64,000 bases of DNA from Patescibacteria group bacterium (GTDB taxonomy: Bacteria; Patescibacteriota; Patescibacteriia; JAXHNJ01). Position numbers and translations under genes: made by a program. The stretch lies in assembly GCA_034520665.1 (NCBI GenBank), contig JAXHNJ010000001.1, positions 322,579 to 386,578 of the forward strand, written 5' to 3'. The notes beneath the pieces were generated by a model. It saw only the letters and a program-made list of their open reading frames with translations. It was not told where the DNA came from and made no database searches. Shown one piece after another: positions 63,921 to 64,000 of this stretch (position 1 is the stretch's first letter; every line of letters starts with the position of its first letter).

Positions 63921-64000
63921 ATTTTGGATTGGGGGTATGGTAGGGGAGAGAAGATTCTAAATATTATAAAATGAAATTAAGACTGGCATAAATAATTGAA

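Noticed and set aside
1-64000. Alternative genetic code (code 25/4, TGA sense), as in some CPR lineages
   Set aside because: TGA terminates clearly conserved genes at the expected lengths (for example the recJ stop overlapping the rnhA start as ATGA), and long ORFs are not interrupted by TGA. Standard bacterial code 11 applies.

Overview
This 64 kb window comes from a low-GC (~33%), gene-dense bacterial genome. Its gene content and style look like a Candidate Phyla Radiation (Patescibacteria-type) organism. The standard code applies: TGA is used as a stop, for example at the recJ/rnhA overlap. TTG and GTG starts are frequent.

The core content, in order along the window, is:
- An acetate and 2-oxoacid module: AMP-forming acetyl-CoA synthetase and a two-subunit 2-oxoacid:ferredoxin oxidoreductase.
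- recJ and rnhA.
- An unusually long RNase P RNA gene (rnpB, ~630 nt).
- A polysaccharide cluster: an initiating sugar transferase, two GT4 glycosyltransferases, a Wzz-like protein and a DUF4012-like protein.
- murJ, lepA and the ftsE-ftsX pair next to a DacA-RlpA-like fusion.
- Three tRNAs: Thr-CGT, Gly-CCC on the minus strand, and Gln-TTG.
- An archaeal-type AMP salvage operon: e2b2 ribose-1,5-bisphosphate isomerase, form III-like RuBisCO and AMP phosphorylase.
- A minus-strand block fmt-def, priA and a six-gene AmmeMemoRadiSam-containing operon.
- argS, gltX, an M23 peptidase and a Pif1/RecD-like helicase.

Four regions are not ordinary.
1. rnpB carries two homologous ~125-nt hairpin insertions that show compensatory base changes. 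A related sequence motif recurs next to tRNA-Gln.
2. A 1.1 kb ORF-free, hairpin-rich block (16.3-17.4 kb) is followed by a 5 kb cassette-like island (17.4-22.4 kb). The island holds GC-richer (~45%) small genes, including a type IV pilin-like gene. Each gene sits behind a copy of the same AT-rich promoter/leader module. Direct repeats of ~100 bp and 17 bp bracket individual cassettes.
3. A REP-associated tyrosine transposase (RAYT) lies between murJ and lepA. It is flanked on both sides by arrays of an ~85-bp doubly palindromic repeat.
4. A repeat-dense region (58.3-61.7 kb) carries three paralogous small membrane-protein genes. They share a conserved hairpin, promoter and RBS module upstream. 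About nine copies of a ~70-bp repeat sit directly after intrinsic terminators. A promoter-plus-terminator-bounded ~150-nt candidate sRNA also lies here.

argS and the 5' third of its downstream ORF are compositionally foreign (~44% GC). No CRISPR array, integrase or reverse transcriptase is visible. All coordinates for non-ORF features were read by eye and may be off by a few bases.
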